The translations under genes and the position numbers were made by a program. Under the pieces are notes generated by a model. That model was not told the DNA's origin and searched no databases. It saw only the letters and a list, made by a program, of their open reading frames with translations. From Lama glama (Eukaryota), in contig CM052816.1 in the NCBI GenBank assembly GCA_028534125.1, positions 51,648,001-51,712,000 of the forward strand: DNA of 64,000 bases, written 5' to 3'. The number at the start of each line of letters is the position of its first letter. The first letter of the stretch is position 1. Below, piece after piece: positions 39,220 to 53,131 of this stretch.

Positions 39220-39886
39220 GGGCTTTATGTAAACTAAAGTAAGCTGATATATATGTTAAAACATTAAAATATTTTATCCTTTTAATGCATATAATACATA
39301 TACATATTGACAGAAACCTATTGAGTCATATAATTCATGCATACCTATTTTAAGTTTTCATATATTTTTGTAGATTTGTACATTAGTACATTTCTCTATG
39401 GGATATATTATTTTGTGAACAGAAATTTGCATTCAGTTTTACTATGTTGGATTCACCTATTTGGCTTTTTATCCCCCCGGACTTTGTATAATTGTTTTGG
39501 GTCAATTTCAAACACGTTGACTAAATCTTTTCTTTAAAAACAGTTTTGAATTTATGAAATGTTTCATTTGAAAAAGTTCACTGTTGTACAGATGTCAGGA
39601 AATTAATAAAGATATGTTCATATTATAATTGCAACTATGCCTTAGTCATGTAGCGTACTTCAATGATCATACATACTCACGTAGTTTTTAAAAGACACAA
39701 ACCAAAGTAATTGTTGAAATAGAAGCAAAAGTACAAGAGTGGACCCTTCAGAGAATGAATTGCACAGGCCTTATCCAGTCAGGAGTTATGTAGGGAAATC
39801 ATTAACCTGCTCTCCTTTCTTTCCCCCCTCCTCTTTGGTTTTGTTTTTTTGTTTTGTGGTAGTCTGACCCTTGGTTATCATTACAG

Positions 39887-39954
39887 AACTATGGAGGTGC
39901 AATGAGACCCCCACTGAATGCTTTAGGTGGCCCTGGAATGCCTGGAATGAACAT
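39887..39954 (+). CDS. SSBP2: SSBP2 exon 9 (68 nt, phase 0-2): [22 protein letters not shown](M); alternative upstream acceptor extends it to 39863
   Basis: Acceptor tcattacag|AAC, donor CAT|gtaagc. A second acceptor, ttttgtggtag|TCT at 39862/39863, adds 24 nt in frame. Confidence 0.95.
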
Positions 39955-42900
39955 GTAAGCAAAATGCTATATTATCCTGTAAAGTGTTCTATTTTCTGTC
40001 TTCTAAAGCTACACCAATTTGTATCACAATTTAAGCTCCTCAATTTCTGTGTAATATAAAGAAACTAGTATAAGTGAACTAAACATGAGCTGTAGTGTTT
40101 GCTTCATTTTTACATTTTTTCTGTGTTTATCTTCCTTCTCTTGCAACCTTTCATTTTTTTCCACTTTCAAATGCCATAAGTGCCAACTTATAGTCTGATT
40201 TTCATGTTTCATTTATCATAAAAATTAGTCTCTTATAAATAAGCATAATCTTCACGTAGTCCATACAAAGTGTAAAGAGATGCTGACACCAGGACCATGA
40301 CATAAGTCTACAGAAGTAGACAAGTGAATACTGATAACTTCATTTTAACATATGATTCCTAAGAGTTTTCAATTCATAAATATATATGTCTTTATTTTTG
40401 CTTTGTTGGGACTGCTGTTTACCCAGGAAGAAGTCTCTCTGGTAGTTTTTCCTTTATTAAAGAACTTTCCATAGTATATTTTCTTTTGAAAATTCAAGAT
40501 ATACTTAGATAAGGAGTAAACTAACAGTTTGGGGGGTTGTTTGTGTGTTTTGATTTGTCTTGTTTACTGAAAAGGCCTTTCAAGACCACAAAGTAGCTGC
40601 TTCTATCAGCCAATATGATGTAGTATGTTAAGATTTATTTTCCATTATGTGACTTGCTCTCAAGGTTCCATACACCCCCAGTACTTGTTAATGTCTTTCC
40701 TTAATTCATTAGGTGGATTAATTTCATGCTGTAGCCTAGAGAAAGTTTACCAGAAATAATCAAAGAGTTCCATATAAGGTTGTGAGTGGTCTCCTTTAAT
40801 GTATTTCCCATTAGTCTGTGTTTTGGTTACTTATATGTCAAGTTAAACAACTCTGTCATCATTTAATGGTATTGAATATATACTGAGGTATGCTCTTTTG
40901 ATGTATGTAGGGATTTTTTTAAAGTTTCTGAAACCATTTTCATGGAAAGCAGTTTTGCCTAAAATAGAAAATAGGTTAATAGATGGGTATCAGCCAGACT
41001 CAAACCTAACAGAACAAGGAAAAAAAGTAGGTCAAATTTTCCTATCACATCTTTCCACTTTTAAAGTAAAAATGGATAGACACGAAGTCTGACTTTTCTT
41101 AAATTCCTCAAAGGCTTAGCCTTTATTAATGGTTGCTACGAAAAGGAATGATATCTTGTGTTTATATCAAAAGCTGAAACTCTTAACAATAGGATTTAAA
41201 TATAGATGTAGATATAGATATAGATACATAATTTACTTTTGTAAGATTCTGAATTTAAAATGGAATTAACTTTTAAGGAATAATTTTGAATGCTATGATC
41301 AACCCAGAATTATCATTAAATATTAAGAATGTATATACTATCATTTTTTATATTATTCATCATGATAATTAGCCAGATTTTACTAGTACAGAAAAAAGTT
41401 ATTCCGTGTGACCATTTAGAGGCTCAAATAGCTGCTTAAAACTGTCTAGTTCCTTTTCACATACACTTAAATACTTATGGGTACATTTAATTCCCTAGCC
41501 TATGGAGACTAAAAATATGGCTGAAAATTTTAATGTGATTGTTTTTGTTGATATTTTGGTTTCTCATTAAATATACCCAGTATTTTTAAATATAATACTT
41601 TATATAGTTATACTTTATATAATATCTGGTTTTTAAAGAACTTTTAAGCCTTACAGACTCAAATTTCCATTGTTTGTTACTATGGACTTTTATTTGGGGT
41701 CTTATATCATTTTCAGTTTTCTATAAATTAAGTTTCCTTCAAAGACAATGAAATTGTAAATATTTCCCCTAACAGGGAAAGTTTGGAAGTATGGAAGATC
41801 CAACCAGAGAGAATAATTCTTTTATTGATACTGGCTCCAACAAAGCAAAAGTGAATTTGAAGAGACATAAATAAAACACTATTATCTCCATTGTACTCAA
41901 CAGAGTAAATTTTATTGAAATCCACTTCATAATTTATTTTCTTTAAAACAAAGTAAATCTCACTGTATTACGATAATTAAGTGTTTCTAACTAGAATTAT
42001 GGCTTTCTTCATGTCACTTTTTACATGTTGGGTAACTTAAAAATCAAGGGAAAAGGCATTGGAGTAGGATTACCTTAAGCTATTTTTTTTTTTTAAGCAA
42101 TATTTTTAACAGTCTAAGATATTTGTGTGTCAGGATGAGGTGGGGTATGCTGAAGAATTCTATATGGATGAGGTTTCTTTAGCTTGTCACTTTTTCTTAT
42201 TTGCCATAAAAGTATAACAACTGTAAAAAAAAAAAAATACCCAACCCTGGTCACTAAAGAAACTAAATACCATATTCTAACTACAACTTTATCTTTTACT
42301 GAGAATAAACTATTTGGAATGAAATTTTGATAATTTTGTTGTTTAAAAAAAATGTTGGTTGCCTCTAAAGAAAATGGTTATTTTAATGTAATTTTGAACA
42401 TTTTCTAACTCTAAACTCAGGATAAATTGTATGTAGTGTCATCTAAAATTAAAATAAGAGTACACTTTTAATGTTTCTATAACTAGTTATATTTAGAAAT
42501 AAAGCTTAATACCCATTTCAGTAATTTGAAGTAGAATTTACAAACTGCAATCATGATGTAAATATTTTCAAATGCATTATAGATTATTTTTAAAGGAAAC
42601 TATATTTCTGAATAAACCACCTTTTTACAAATTTCAAAAGAATGTAGAATTCAACATTAAAACATTTCTAATTCAACTTTGTACACCTCGGTATTTTAAT
42701 TGAAACTGAGGACCAAGAATTTCAAAGAATCTAAATCTTCTTGTTCGGGATAATATCCTATAGAATTATAAAGTTTGTAGAGTTATTATCTTGAAATAAA
42801 ATGACTGAATTACAGAAGAAAAGAATTTTTCTCTTTGGTAATCATGGCTGCCTTCATCTCATCGTATCCAGATACCCTTTACAAAAAATAGACTTCTTTT

Positions 42901-44593
42901 AAATTCCATTTTTCTCTTTTTAAGTGAGGCTAACCTGATTCTGTTTGCAATTACACTTATGTAGACATTTGCATTCGAAATAATGCCTACGTTATAGTTT
43001 ATAGATCACTTTCTTGATAATACTGATGGCCCTCAGAAGGAATAGGAATTACTGAGCTTAAGTGGTTGTTCTGGTAGAACAGCTCGCTACTATAAACTCC
43101 ACTTTATTTAGCGGTATTTGCAAAACTTAAAATATTTTCAAACAGATCAGTATTTCCCAATTTCTTTACTGTGTTCTATTTAACATCAAACAAGTCAAAT
43201 GTTTTACTTGATCAACACATAGCCAGTGGTTTACCTCAGTTTCTGCACATTAGGACACTGAATCCTATACATAAAATCATCTTTTTAAATGTTTCAGTAA
43301 TTAATTGTAAGATCATCATCATTGTCATCATCACCATGTTAAAGAGGAACAATTTCCAGGGACAATACAGGTGCCCCGCGCCTTCTCCCTGTGCAGAATA
43401 CTTTGACCACATCCCCTCAGGCATCATATTTTCCCCTTCTATTACTCAAGCAGGTTTGGAAAAATTGCACTTGGGCATCCTAACAGAGCTCAAGGCACGA
43501 TTTTCATGACCTTTCCTACTGCTGACATTCCTGGGGAATCCCAAAATAAAGCTCAAAACAGTTTTCAACATTCCAAGAAGACACAAGTAATACAGCTAAC
43601 TTGGACAGCCTCTAACATTTAGAACTTTAGGTTTAAGTTCCCTAAAATAAGAACCAGGAGACATGTCACAGACTTTTCATAGAGATTAGAGAGAAAGGGA
43701 ATTTTGAGTGACTTTTATTATAGAGGACCTGCTGATAGAGGTCTACTTTTTATCAGGCAGTATTTATGCAGATACACGTAATACTAAAAGTATGAGGACA
43801 AGAGACTTTTTTGGACTTAATTAATTAGGCATTAACTTTGTTTTAAAAGCTTTATGTCCTTTTAAGCTATGGAATATGAAACATTTTCCTCCATCCGAAA
43901 GTGAAGTAATATATTGGCATAGATTACCTCCTATGTTTCCCAAGATTTACTCTGGCCACTGTCTTGAACTACAATTACGAAAACAAGAAATGTGATTTTC
44001 TTGTTCAATGGTAACTAAATCATCAGTAGCACTGAAAGATAGGTGGATATATACATGTATATAAAGTTATGTGATAGTCTATGCAATTTTTTTGAAGAGG
44101 AGGCAAGTTTGGACATTATTTACATTTATTTATGTGGAACTTAATGCGAATAATCATTTTATGTATAATTTATCTTACAAATGATTTCATTTTCTTTTTG
44201 AATGATACGGGCAGTGCTTATATTGATGTCACAAGATTATAGTTTATGTTTATTTCATAATTTGTGATTTTTATTCCAAAAGCATGCTTTCATAATGATT
44301 TAACTAAATGTATATATTTACTGCTATAGATGATTACCACATTTATACTTAAAACATGAACTTAAAATAAAACTGGGCTTACTAGAAGCAGTTTGATTTG
44401 GGAAGAAATCTGTTTTGGGGAATGATAAAATTTTTGGATTTTAGAAATAAAAAAGCGGTGAAAATAAATGTAAGGAGTAATTTCAGTGCTGAACTAGAAC
44501 TGCATAGTAACTGAATTATAAACATTATTATTTTATGATATTATTGCTTATTGTGGCATCAGGTAAAATTTCATTTATCATGTTGTCTTGTAG

Positions 44594-44642
44594 GGGGCCA
44601 GGTGGTGGTAGACCTTGGCCAAACCCAACAAATGCCAATTCA
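44594..44642 (+). CDS. SSBP2: SSBP2 exon 10 (49 nt, phase 2-0): GPGGGRPWPNPTNANS
   Basis: Acceptor tgttgtcttgtag|G, donor TCA|gtgagt; the first base completes the ATG codon begun in exon 9. Confidence 0.95.
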
Positions 44643-47019
44643 GTGAGTATATGCATTTTTCATTTTCTTTGCACTTTGTAGCATTTAACAACAAAAATTT
44701 GTTGCTTTTCAAAGCCCTGCAGTTGGTTATATCAGCCGTTTTGTTTTTTAGGTAATCATTCAAAAAATACATTTGTGTATATTTTTAGAAAATATATATA
44801 ACTTGAAATTGTGTATTTTTTTATTTCAAGATCTAATATAAACATGCATTCTATGTAGATTAACAGATCTTCAAAGATAGAGAAACAGTATGACTTAAGT
44901 ATACTACAGTAGGCTGTATTTATCATAAAATCTATCATAAAAGTGATTTGATCTTCTAAAATAACTATAATAATCAGTAAAGTTGCCAAATAAAATCAAT
45001 CTCTATCTGAGTTATTATATCTGCTGTTCTAGTTACATGCCAGCTTGCTCTCTCCCTCCCTCAGAAGCAAGCACACATTTGCCTCGCGCTGTGGGCTAAA
45101 TTGCTATCCTTACATTTGTACCTATGTATCTGACATCCTGGGAATTTTCTGTATATGTTACGTGTCCCTGATTTGACTGCATAAGTATTTTTCTCTTAAT
45201 AATGTCACAAATATGTGCATCTGGATTTCTTCAGTATGTGGGTTCTGCTCTGTACATCTGTGTAGTGTGTGCTCTGCACAAAGGTGCCTGAGTCAACAGA
45301 GTCAGTAGGAAGCTGAAATACAGCTGTTTTCCACTTGTGAAGTCCATGGAGCATCTGCCCAGAACGGATGCCTTTTGCTAATATGCACAGAGGTACTAGC
45401 AGTGGCCTTGATGCTAAATAAACATGAAGCTGATCCACTATTTAATGTTAATTTAAACTTGAAGAAAATTTAAAGTGAGGTGTGTATGGTATAGAAAGAA
45501 TCATCCTAAATCCATTGCTGTTCTAAAGCAGAAATCATTCTTCTCAATTATGTAACTCATATTTTTAGAGAAAACATTTCTACTATCTGCATATCTCTTA
45601 GTTTCAATAACTATGACATTTGCTAATTAAATAAAATTGTTTGGGGTGGAGAGAATGATGATGTTGCATCCATTAATTTCAATAAATCTTTTAAGATACT
45701 GTTTTGCCTGATTATGTTGTAATGTAACTCCTTTACTCCTCCAAAATTCTTTTAGTTTGATTATATTCTTTTGAACAGTTCACATTTCTATTTGCTTCTT
45801 GCTATGACTTTCAACTTTCAAGATTCTACTTTAAGATGGCACCTAACCAGCAGCTCAAGATACTTTCTTAGAACTCCCTATTAAAACATATATAAAGATG
45901 CAGAAAAACAATTTTTTAATAACAGTGAAAATTCTTGCCAATCTTCCTATTTGCCAGAATCTGTAAAGACTTTCTGTTATCCACATGTCTGATGAAACTG
46001 GATTAAAAATAAAATGCACAATTGATGACCCACCTTAACTAGTAAGCAAGAAGACCCTCTCTCCTTCCTCACTGTCAGCCCAGCCAGCCAGCTCCCTACT
46101 GCCCGTTGCAGGCAAGCCAGAGTGCAGTTCACACCCCCTGCTGCCCACCTCCTGCAGAACCTCCTTTTCTACACTCACCTGGAGACTGTGTCCTCCAAAA
46201 GCCACTTAGAAGGTGGGCAGGATTTAATATTGAGGATGGTGCACTGTACCTAGCAGGTATGTTATCCAAGTAAAGAGTATTAGCTAGAGGCAGAGATGTG
46301 GAGAGTGTTATGCTTTCTGATTTTTAGTTTTTAGATTTCTAAAAACTCTTTGGGACTTCACAGAGCTAAACACTGTTTGTGCAGGAGGAAAGTACCACAT
46401 CAGGTTGGCAGCTCTGCATTATTTTAGACCCTGAGAAACACTAGGAATTAGGGTAGGCGCTCTGCATATCAAACTGCTGTCCAACAACCACTCTGAAATG
46501 GGCATTTGACCAGCACACATGTAGGCACGTAATCGAATCGAAAGCTATCCCTTCTGTTAAATTGTACCCCATGTGGCTACATCTCCCATCACTCAAAGAA
46601 TGAACTGGGAAGAGTAGTGGGCAACGCCTATAGTTTTCTCTTCTGAAAGAGAAGGGAGTCGTCATCCTGAGCACAGAAAGGAAAAGCATTCCTCTAAAAT
46701 TGATACATTAAGAGAGCAGGAAATAAATCAGACAACTGATGACTTTCTGGCAAAAAAACGTAAGGCTTACGTGAAACAAAGCTGAAGTATAGGGACTTTT
46801 TTCCCTAAATACCACTGATTATATTGTAGTGACAATTCATCTGTATTATTTTGAATTCCAAGTTTTTTGGACTTTTTGTCCGTATTTAAAGTTACAAATA
46901 CTTTTCATTTTGTGTTAGTACAGTAAGCCTCTGGCTCCTCAGGGCAGCATGTTAAAGTGGTTGGTTGTTTTGTTTTTGCTATTTCCAAATACATTTTATA
47001 TACTGTTTTTTTTTAATAC

Positions 47020-48230
47020 TTTGTGTTTTCTAAAAACAAAGACATTATCTTTCATAAACAGCATAATGATCAACATAAGAAAATTAACACTGATTTAATT
47101 CCATTTTCCAATTTACTCTCCTTATTTAGATTTCACCAGTTGTCCCAACAATGTCTTTTGTAACAACAACAACAGAAATCCCAGTTGACGTGCTGCTTTC
47201 ATCTGTCATGTCTCTCTGTCTCCTTTAACCTGGGACAGGACCCTCAGCTTTACTTTGTCTTTCTCAGCTCTGGCATTTCGTTGAATGCAAGCCAGGTGTT
47301 TGGTAGAATGTCCTATAATTTGGTCTTGTCTGTTGTTTCTTCATGAGTAGGTTCAGGTTCTATATATATGACAGGAATCTGCAGAGGCAATTTTGTGTTT
47401 TGCTCAGTGTGTCATTTCAGGAGGTGTATGATGGTGATTTGTGCATTATTTGTAATGTTAACTTTGATCACTTAGTTAAGATGGTGCTTGTTAGCTTTCT
47501 CCACTGTAGAATTGCTGTTTTCCCCTTTGTAATTATCAACTCGTGGAGACATGGTTTGACACTATTGTAAAGATCATACTGTAATCTGCTACTTTTGGCA
47601 TCCACTGACGATTTTTGCCTGAATTGTTATTTTTCCACTATGCTGGTTGCCACACGGCTATTTTCTAATTCTTTCTTTCCTTCTCCATTTATGAGTTGAC
47701 TTTCTACTATAACAAAGAGTTTTTCTTTTTTCTCCATTCATTCATATATATTCAATATACTTGTGGATACTTACTCTGTCGGTTAGGTTTTTAGATACTA
47801 AAATCATTCCAGATTTGGCCAACTGAAACCCCCTTGTTCCTTTTGACATGTCCTCATTATTCTTTGAGCACTTTGAAACTCATCTTATATTTTCCCAGCC
47901 TTAGCCCTAGAAACAGCCATTTCTTTAAGGGTCCCTGATTCCTTTTAGTGGAAAGAAGTATTTAGAACTCATTGGAGTGGTACAGCTTCTAGCCCTCTCA
48001 ACCAGCAGAAGTAGAATATAGATGTATGCACATACACACACCTGCACACATCTCTATCTTTCTGTATCTGTATGTATTATAACGCTGGGTGCACACTAGT
48101 GCTTCAGCCCCAATCCAACACGAGTTCATTCGAGACTCTCTGCTTCCCATGTTTACAACATACTTCTCTGAAAGTGAGCAATCTGCCTACAACATTGCCC
48201 ACAATATATTTATTTATCTGCTTGATCTTT
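47020..48230 (-). mobile_element. Old L1 (L1MC-like) 3' region, antisense
   Basis: 'tttagatttcaccagttgtcccaacaatgtc', 'gttaactttgatcacttagttaagatggtg', 'cagccatttctttaagggtccctgattccttttagtgga' resemble L1MC 3' UTRs. Confidence 0.75.
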
Positions 48231-48547
48231 ATCTATACATAGTTTTGTCATGTACAAGTGTTTTGATCAAAAATGTTTTTGGCACCCTTTTTACATAGCA
48301 GCAGGAGAAACACTTTTACGGACAAATTTATGTTTTTAATTCAAAATAAAAGTATGATTTTGACTTTTAACTTCCTTCACTCTGAGCATTACAGTATTGG
48401 CCTCAGATTCTTATTTGGAAATTTATCTATAAATCCACCAACTATTTTTTCTTTTTCATTTGTTTTGCAAAGAACTGTGCACTTTAGTTGAGCTATAAAG
48501 CAAGTTCTAATCATTAAGTATCAAGTGCTTTTACCGAAAATATCTTA

Positions 48548-49042
48548 ATTAGCTTTGTCTAGAGACACTTTTGATTACAAGGTACAGAAAACCAACCAAA
48601 CTAGGCTCATACTGACAGTATTACTGGACCATGTATGTGTGAAGTCTAGACATAAATTTACTTTGGGGCACATTTGGTCCCAAGCATTCTAATCGTGTCA
48701 CCAAGACCCATCTCTCTTCATGGCTTACCTTTGTTCCCCTCGTCTGGCAGGAAGGCTGTGTGAAGCTCCAGATTTGTATCCTCACATGTCCCTGTTGAAC
48801 ACAAAAGAATATTGGGAATAACTATCAGTTAAGCACAAGTATGGGAAATAACCACCTGAACTGGTTTTGTTTAGCTTGGGTCCAGGCTCATTCATGATCC
48901 TGTTACGACCAGTGCTCTGTGGGCCAGGCTGGGTCACACACCCACTCCTGGAGCCCCATCCAAGCCACACGGAAAAATAAGAGAGGTGTGATTCAAAGAA
49001 TATTCAAGGAATTGTTAGCAGAAGAAGGGATAGGCTGAAACA
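48548..49042. mobile_element. MaLR LTR (MLT1-like), running into gap
   Basis: 'ttttgattacaaggtacagaaaaccaaccaaactaggct' and 'gggccaggctgggtcacacacccactcctggagc' resemble MLT1J/K/L. Confidence 0.7.
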
Positions 49043-49542
49043 NNNNNNNNNNNNNNNNNNNNNNNNNNNNNNNNNNNNNNNNNNNNNNNNNNNNNNNNNN
49101 NNNNNNNNNNNNNNNNNNNNNNNNNNNNNNNNNNNNNNNNNNNNNNNNNNNNNNNNNNNNNNNNNNNNNNNNNNNNNNNNNNNNNNNNNNNNNNNNNNNN
49201 NNNNNNNNNNNNNNNNNNNNNNNNNNNNNNNNNNNNNNNNNNNNNNNNNNNNNNNNNNNNNNNNNNNNNNNNNNNNNNNNNNNNNNNNNNNNNNNNNNNN
49301 NNNNNNNNNNNNNNNNNNNNNNNNNNNNNNNNNNNNNNNNNNNNNNNNNNNNNNNNNNNNNNNNNNNNNNNNNNNNNNNNNNNNNNNNNNNNNNNNNNNN
49401 NNNNNNNNNNNNNNNNNNNNNNNNNNNNNNNNNNNNNNNNNNNNNNNNNNNNNNNNNNNNNNNNNNNNNNNNNNNNNNNNNNNNNNNNNNNNNNNNNNNN
49501 NNNNNNNNNNNNNNNNNNNNNNNNNNNNNNNNNNNNNNNNNN
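49043..49542. other. Assembly gap (500 N)
   Basis: Run of exactly 500 N. Confidence 1.
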
Positions 49543-50350
49543 GCCAGTCATGGGCTTTTTTCACTTTAACATTTCCAACTATCACTAAATCTAACCAAAC
49601 CCCAGATTAACTATTGTGCACAACACAAAATGGAAATGTATTCAATTGAACCTTTATCTCTAGTCTTGATCTAATGAGTTCTAGACCTGTATTCCTAAAT
49701 TTCTGTCAATCAGAACTATCTCAATGTGTACTAGTGCCTTCAAATTCAACGTCAGACATTCCCCAAGCTTCCCGTTCCACAATTCCTTATATATAAATTA
49801 CTAGCGACAGCATCCACCTAGCAATTACCGTAACTTCTCCCTTCCCGTGTCCACCACACTCAGTTTGTCACCAAGCCCTAGAGTATGTTTATGAAAAGTC
49901 TGTCAAATTCTCTTGCTCCTACTTACGTTAATCAGCATTGCCTAGAACACTTTTTATCATCTCTTGCCTAGACTTCTTGCAGCGGTCTCCTAGCTTGCAT
50001 TCACGTTCCATAATGCCTCTAGAGTTATCTTACTAAAACACAAATTTGAACATGTGTCTTTAGAACCTGACTCCCTATTTCCTACAACATAAACTCAGTC
50101 TGACCACAGCCTCATCATTTACCACACCCCCTCTAAGTCCCACCCTGCACAGCTGTGTAATAGCACATACCATTTCCGTAACAAACTATGTACTTCCACA
50201 TTTTTCTTCTTTAAAAATGCTGGTCCTTCTCTTTGTCTTTCTGATGGACCCTTACTCTAAGTCCCAGCTACGCAGCTCAAATATATCCTCTGCACCCACA
50301 GAGTACGTCTACCTACATTGTTATATTTTGTTTCTCACGCTAGCCTGGCA
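49543..50350 (+). mobile_element. LINE-2 fragment
   Basis: 'gccttcaaattcaac', 'catctcttgcctagacttcttgcagcggtctcctag', 'ctagagttatcttactaaaacacaaatttgaacatgt'. Confidence 0.7.
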
Positions 50351-50954
50351 GATACTGCTGTAACAAGAGTGTAGGTTCGGGAAAGTGCTAGGGGTAGAAG
50401 CCCAAATGCTCCCTTTCTTTAAATGAGGACATCAAAGACTATGAGGTAGAAACAGTGGGTATAAGCCAGAATTAGAGAGTTTGACGTGGCAAAAATGGAA
50501 AGAAATTGAACAATTAGATGCGATAACAGAGTTTTAAAAATATTTTAAAATTTTATTATATTTAACTGTATTTGAAGAGGGAGACATTAGAGTATAAAAG
50601 AAGCTTCCTTCCACATTAATATAGCCCGCCCCACACCTTCAACCAACTCGTCTGTAGATGGCTACAGTTTGCGATTCCTGAACTACAGTTCCTCTGCTGT
50701 CCCCCCAGTAAACTCAATTTCTAGTCAAAAAAAAAAAAAAGTATGAAAGGAGCAAGGACTTAGGAGAACGGGATGGTCAGGAGGGGCTAGCTTTGGAAAA
50801 GCAAAGGCTTTTTTTTTTTCCCTACCTGAGATGAATGGATGAAATTTTAAATCTCTAAATAATGGAGTGCTGAGTTGAAGATGATGGCATAGCAAGAACT
50901 GGATGGCTTTAATGTATGACAGAAGTGTAAATTTCCAACTCAGGATGGTACAGC

Positions 50955-51118
50955 CACCAATGAGGGCCAGCTCACCACAGTCGCTTGTTAAAAATATAGG
51001 AATTTTGTGGGCTAATCTTTGGTAGCTTGAAATCTGCCATATAGGAATATGTACACCATGTAAGTTGGCAAATGCTACCAATTGGAACTTTTCCCCCGAG
51101 TTCGCTGGCCCACCACTA
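50955..51118. mobile_element. MER63-like hAT-Blackjack MITE
   Basis: 'ttgttaaaaatataggaattttgtg...ttggtagcttgaaatctgccat...tacaccatgtaagttggcaaatgctac...caccact'. Confidence 0.65.
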
Positions 51119-53095
51119 GAATGCTTTGGAGTCTCCATGAAGGCTGAGCCAAAACATTCCCAGTTAGTGAAAGCTAGGTTGAACTTGGAGAACATGGTTA
51201 TATTTTGTACCTTGTCAACCCTATTTTGTGTTTCTTGCCAGGAAATCTCTACCATAAAACAGAAGAGTTGGCTAGAGGGTGATCAGAGAGATCAAACAAC
51301 GGAGGCTTTGGGATAATGAATTTCAGACATTGGAGATAGAAAGAAAATGCTGAAGACGGCGTAGGGGAGGGGCACAGGCAACTTACGGGGAAATAGCGGA
51401 CCTAGTAAACATGGAGGAATTGTGATGGAATAAGATTCTGGACAGAATATAGAATATTTCTTGTTCAACAGCAAAGGAACAAGAAAGGTGTGTCAGTCGG
51501 GAAAGCTGTTTAGATGTCTGTATAAAAACTCCTAGGATGTCACCATACTCACAAATGGAAATGGTGGGTATACTGTAAAGGAAAGGAAAGGCAGTGAAAT
51601 GTCAGTTCCAAAGCTCTAAAAAGTGGTTAAATCATATCTTGATGTTGCTTAAGAATGATGGTAGGCAATAGAGGCAGAAGAACAGGAGCCAGGAGCTGAA
51701 GTTACAAGGAGATGAAATTACAGGGAGATAAGTTGGTGATTTGGAGAGGCAGGTACACTTGTTTCAAATAATATGAAGCAGAAGACGGATGGCAGATCAT
51801 GAACTACAAGGGACCCAAGAGAGCAAAGCCGTATTCATTCCCCACATCGAATAAATGTTTTCTGCCATAGGGATCCCGATAGTCATAGAAGTAACTGTCA
51901 TCACTGGTGATACTGGGCATGCTGGTAACGGCCGTCTGCAGGGCTGAACTACCCGTAGATGGACAGAGGCTGAGACCCACGTGGTCTGTGCTTAAGGCAA
52001 AGCAGGAACACCAAACAGTGAGGAAAGAGGTCTCAAATGGCTTAATATTAAAATCAGAGGAAAACCATACCTTTGTTGTACTCCCATCTCCTTACTTTAT
52101 GATTTCATCTTATTTTTATGTTTAATATGTAGAAGGTGTTGGGGTGGAGGGAGCACTTAGGTGCAGGCACTATAATCTTTTCACTCCTCTTAAGGTCCTA
52201 TTTTGGTCATGGCTGTCTTACTCCAGGAAGACAGTAATGTATTGGCTTTTTTCAGAATAAGGCGAAAATGTCTTTTCTGGATGTGCAAAAGTTGAAAGAT
52301 GTAAGTGAGAGAGCTCATGTGAAAAAAGTGTATTTGGACCTAACTTCTCTATTAATTTCCACACTTAAGGGTTTATTTTTAAATGTATGTTTTCCAGTTT
52401 TCATTTCTTAAATTATCATAACAAAGTTGTATTAATACCTTCTAATCTCTAGAAAAGAGCTCAGTTAAGAGCTTGGACTTAAAGAGAAAGAGGGAATTTG
52501 TTACTCATAGCTGTTCTCCACAAATTAGTAGTCTTCGGAGACGTATTAGCAAAATCTTTTGCATTTATTATGTTGTTTTGTAGAAGCTAATTAGAAAAGA
52601 AAATGAGGAAAGGTGAGGTCTGTATATCAAGAGTTGACCCCTACTGCATGAATATAGTAGCCTGAAACCTGTCTTTAAACAAAAAATGATGTATCCCAGA
52701 ATGCACATAAATTAGAACTTGCATCTGTAAAGGCTACTAATTTGAAATATTCTGGTTTCTGGTTTTTAGCTGCACAAATATATATTTTCCTAATTACAGA
52801 ATAAGTGTCATTAGTATCAAGCAGTGAGTACAACTGCCTTGAAAGCAATATAACTTGAAGCTGTAATTCTGTCTAAATTCCTCTTGACTGAAATTCACTT
52901 TTTTGTAAATTCAAGATAATACTGCATTTTATTCAGTTTTTTACTACTCAGATATAATTCCCTTTATCTTTTACTATCCTTTGTGATAAATTTTAAAGCT
53001 TGATCAGTTAGAAAATAGATTCACTTTAAGTCAATCTCCATACCTGCCACGTGAATCAAAATACGTATATATGTTTTGTCCTGTTCATGTTCCAG

Positions 53096-53131
53096 ATACC
53101 ATACTCCTCAGCATCTCCTGGGAATTATGTA
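53096..53131 (+). CDS. SSBP2: SSBP2 exon 11 (36 nt, phase 0-0): IPYSSASPGNYV
   Basis: Acceptor gttcatgttccag|ATA, donor GTA|gtaagt. Confidence 0.94.

Noticed and set aside
50620..50700. GC box (gcccgcccc) plus ACTACAGTTCC resembling a ZNF143-type promoter motif
   Set aside because: The motif is imperfect, there is no CpG island, and it is flanked by repeat-derived sequence; insufficient support for an internal promoter.
50725..51316. 176-aa minus-strand ORF and overlapping 83-aa plus-strand ORF
   Set aside because: They overlap a MER63-like MITE and degenerate repeat sequence, with no recognisable domain or splice or promoter support.
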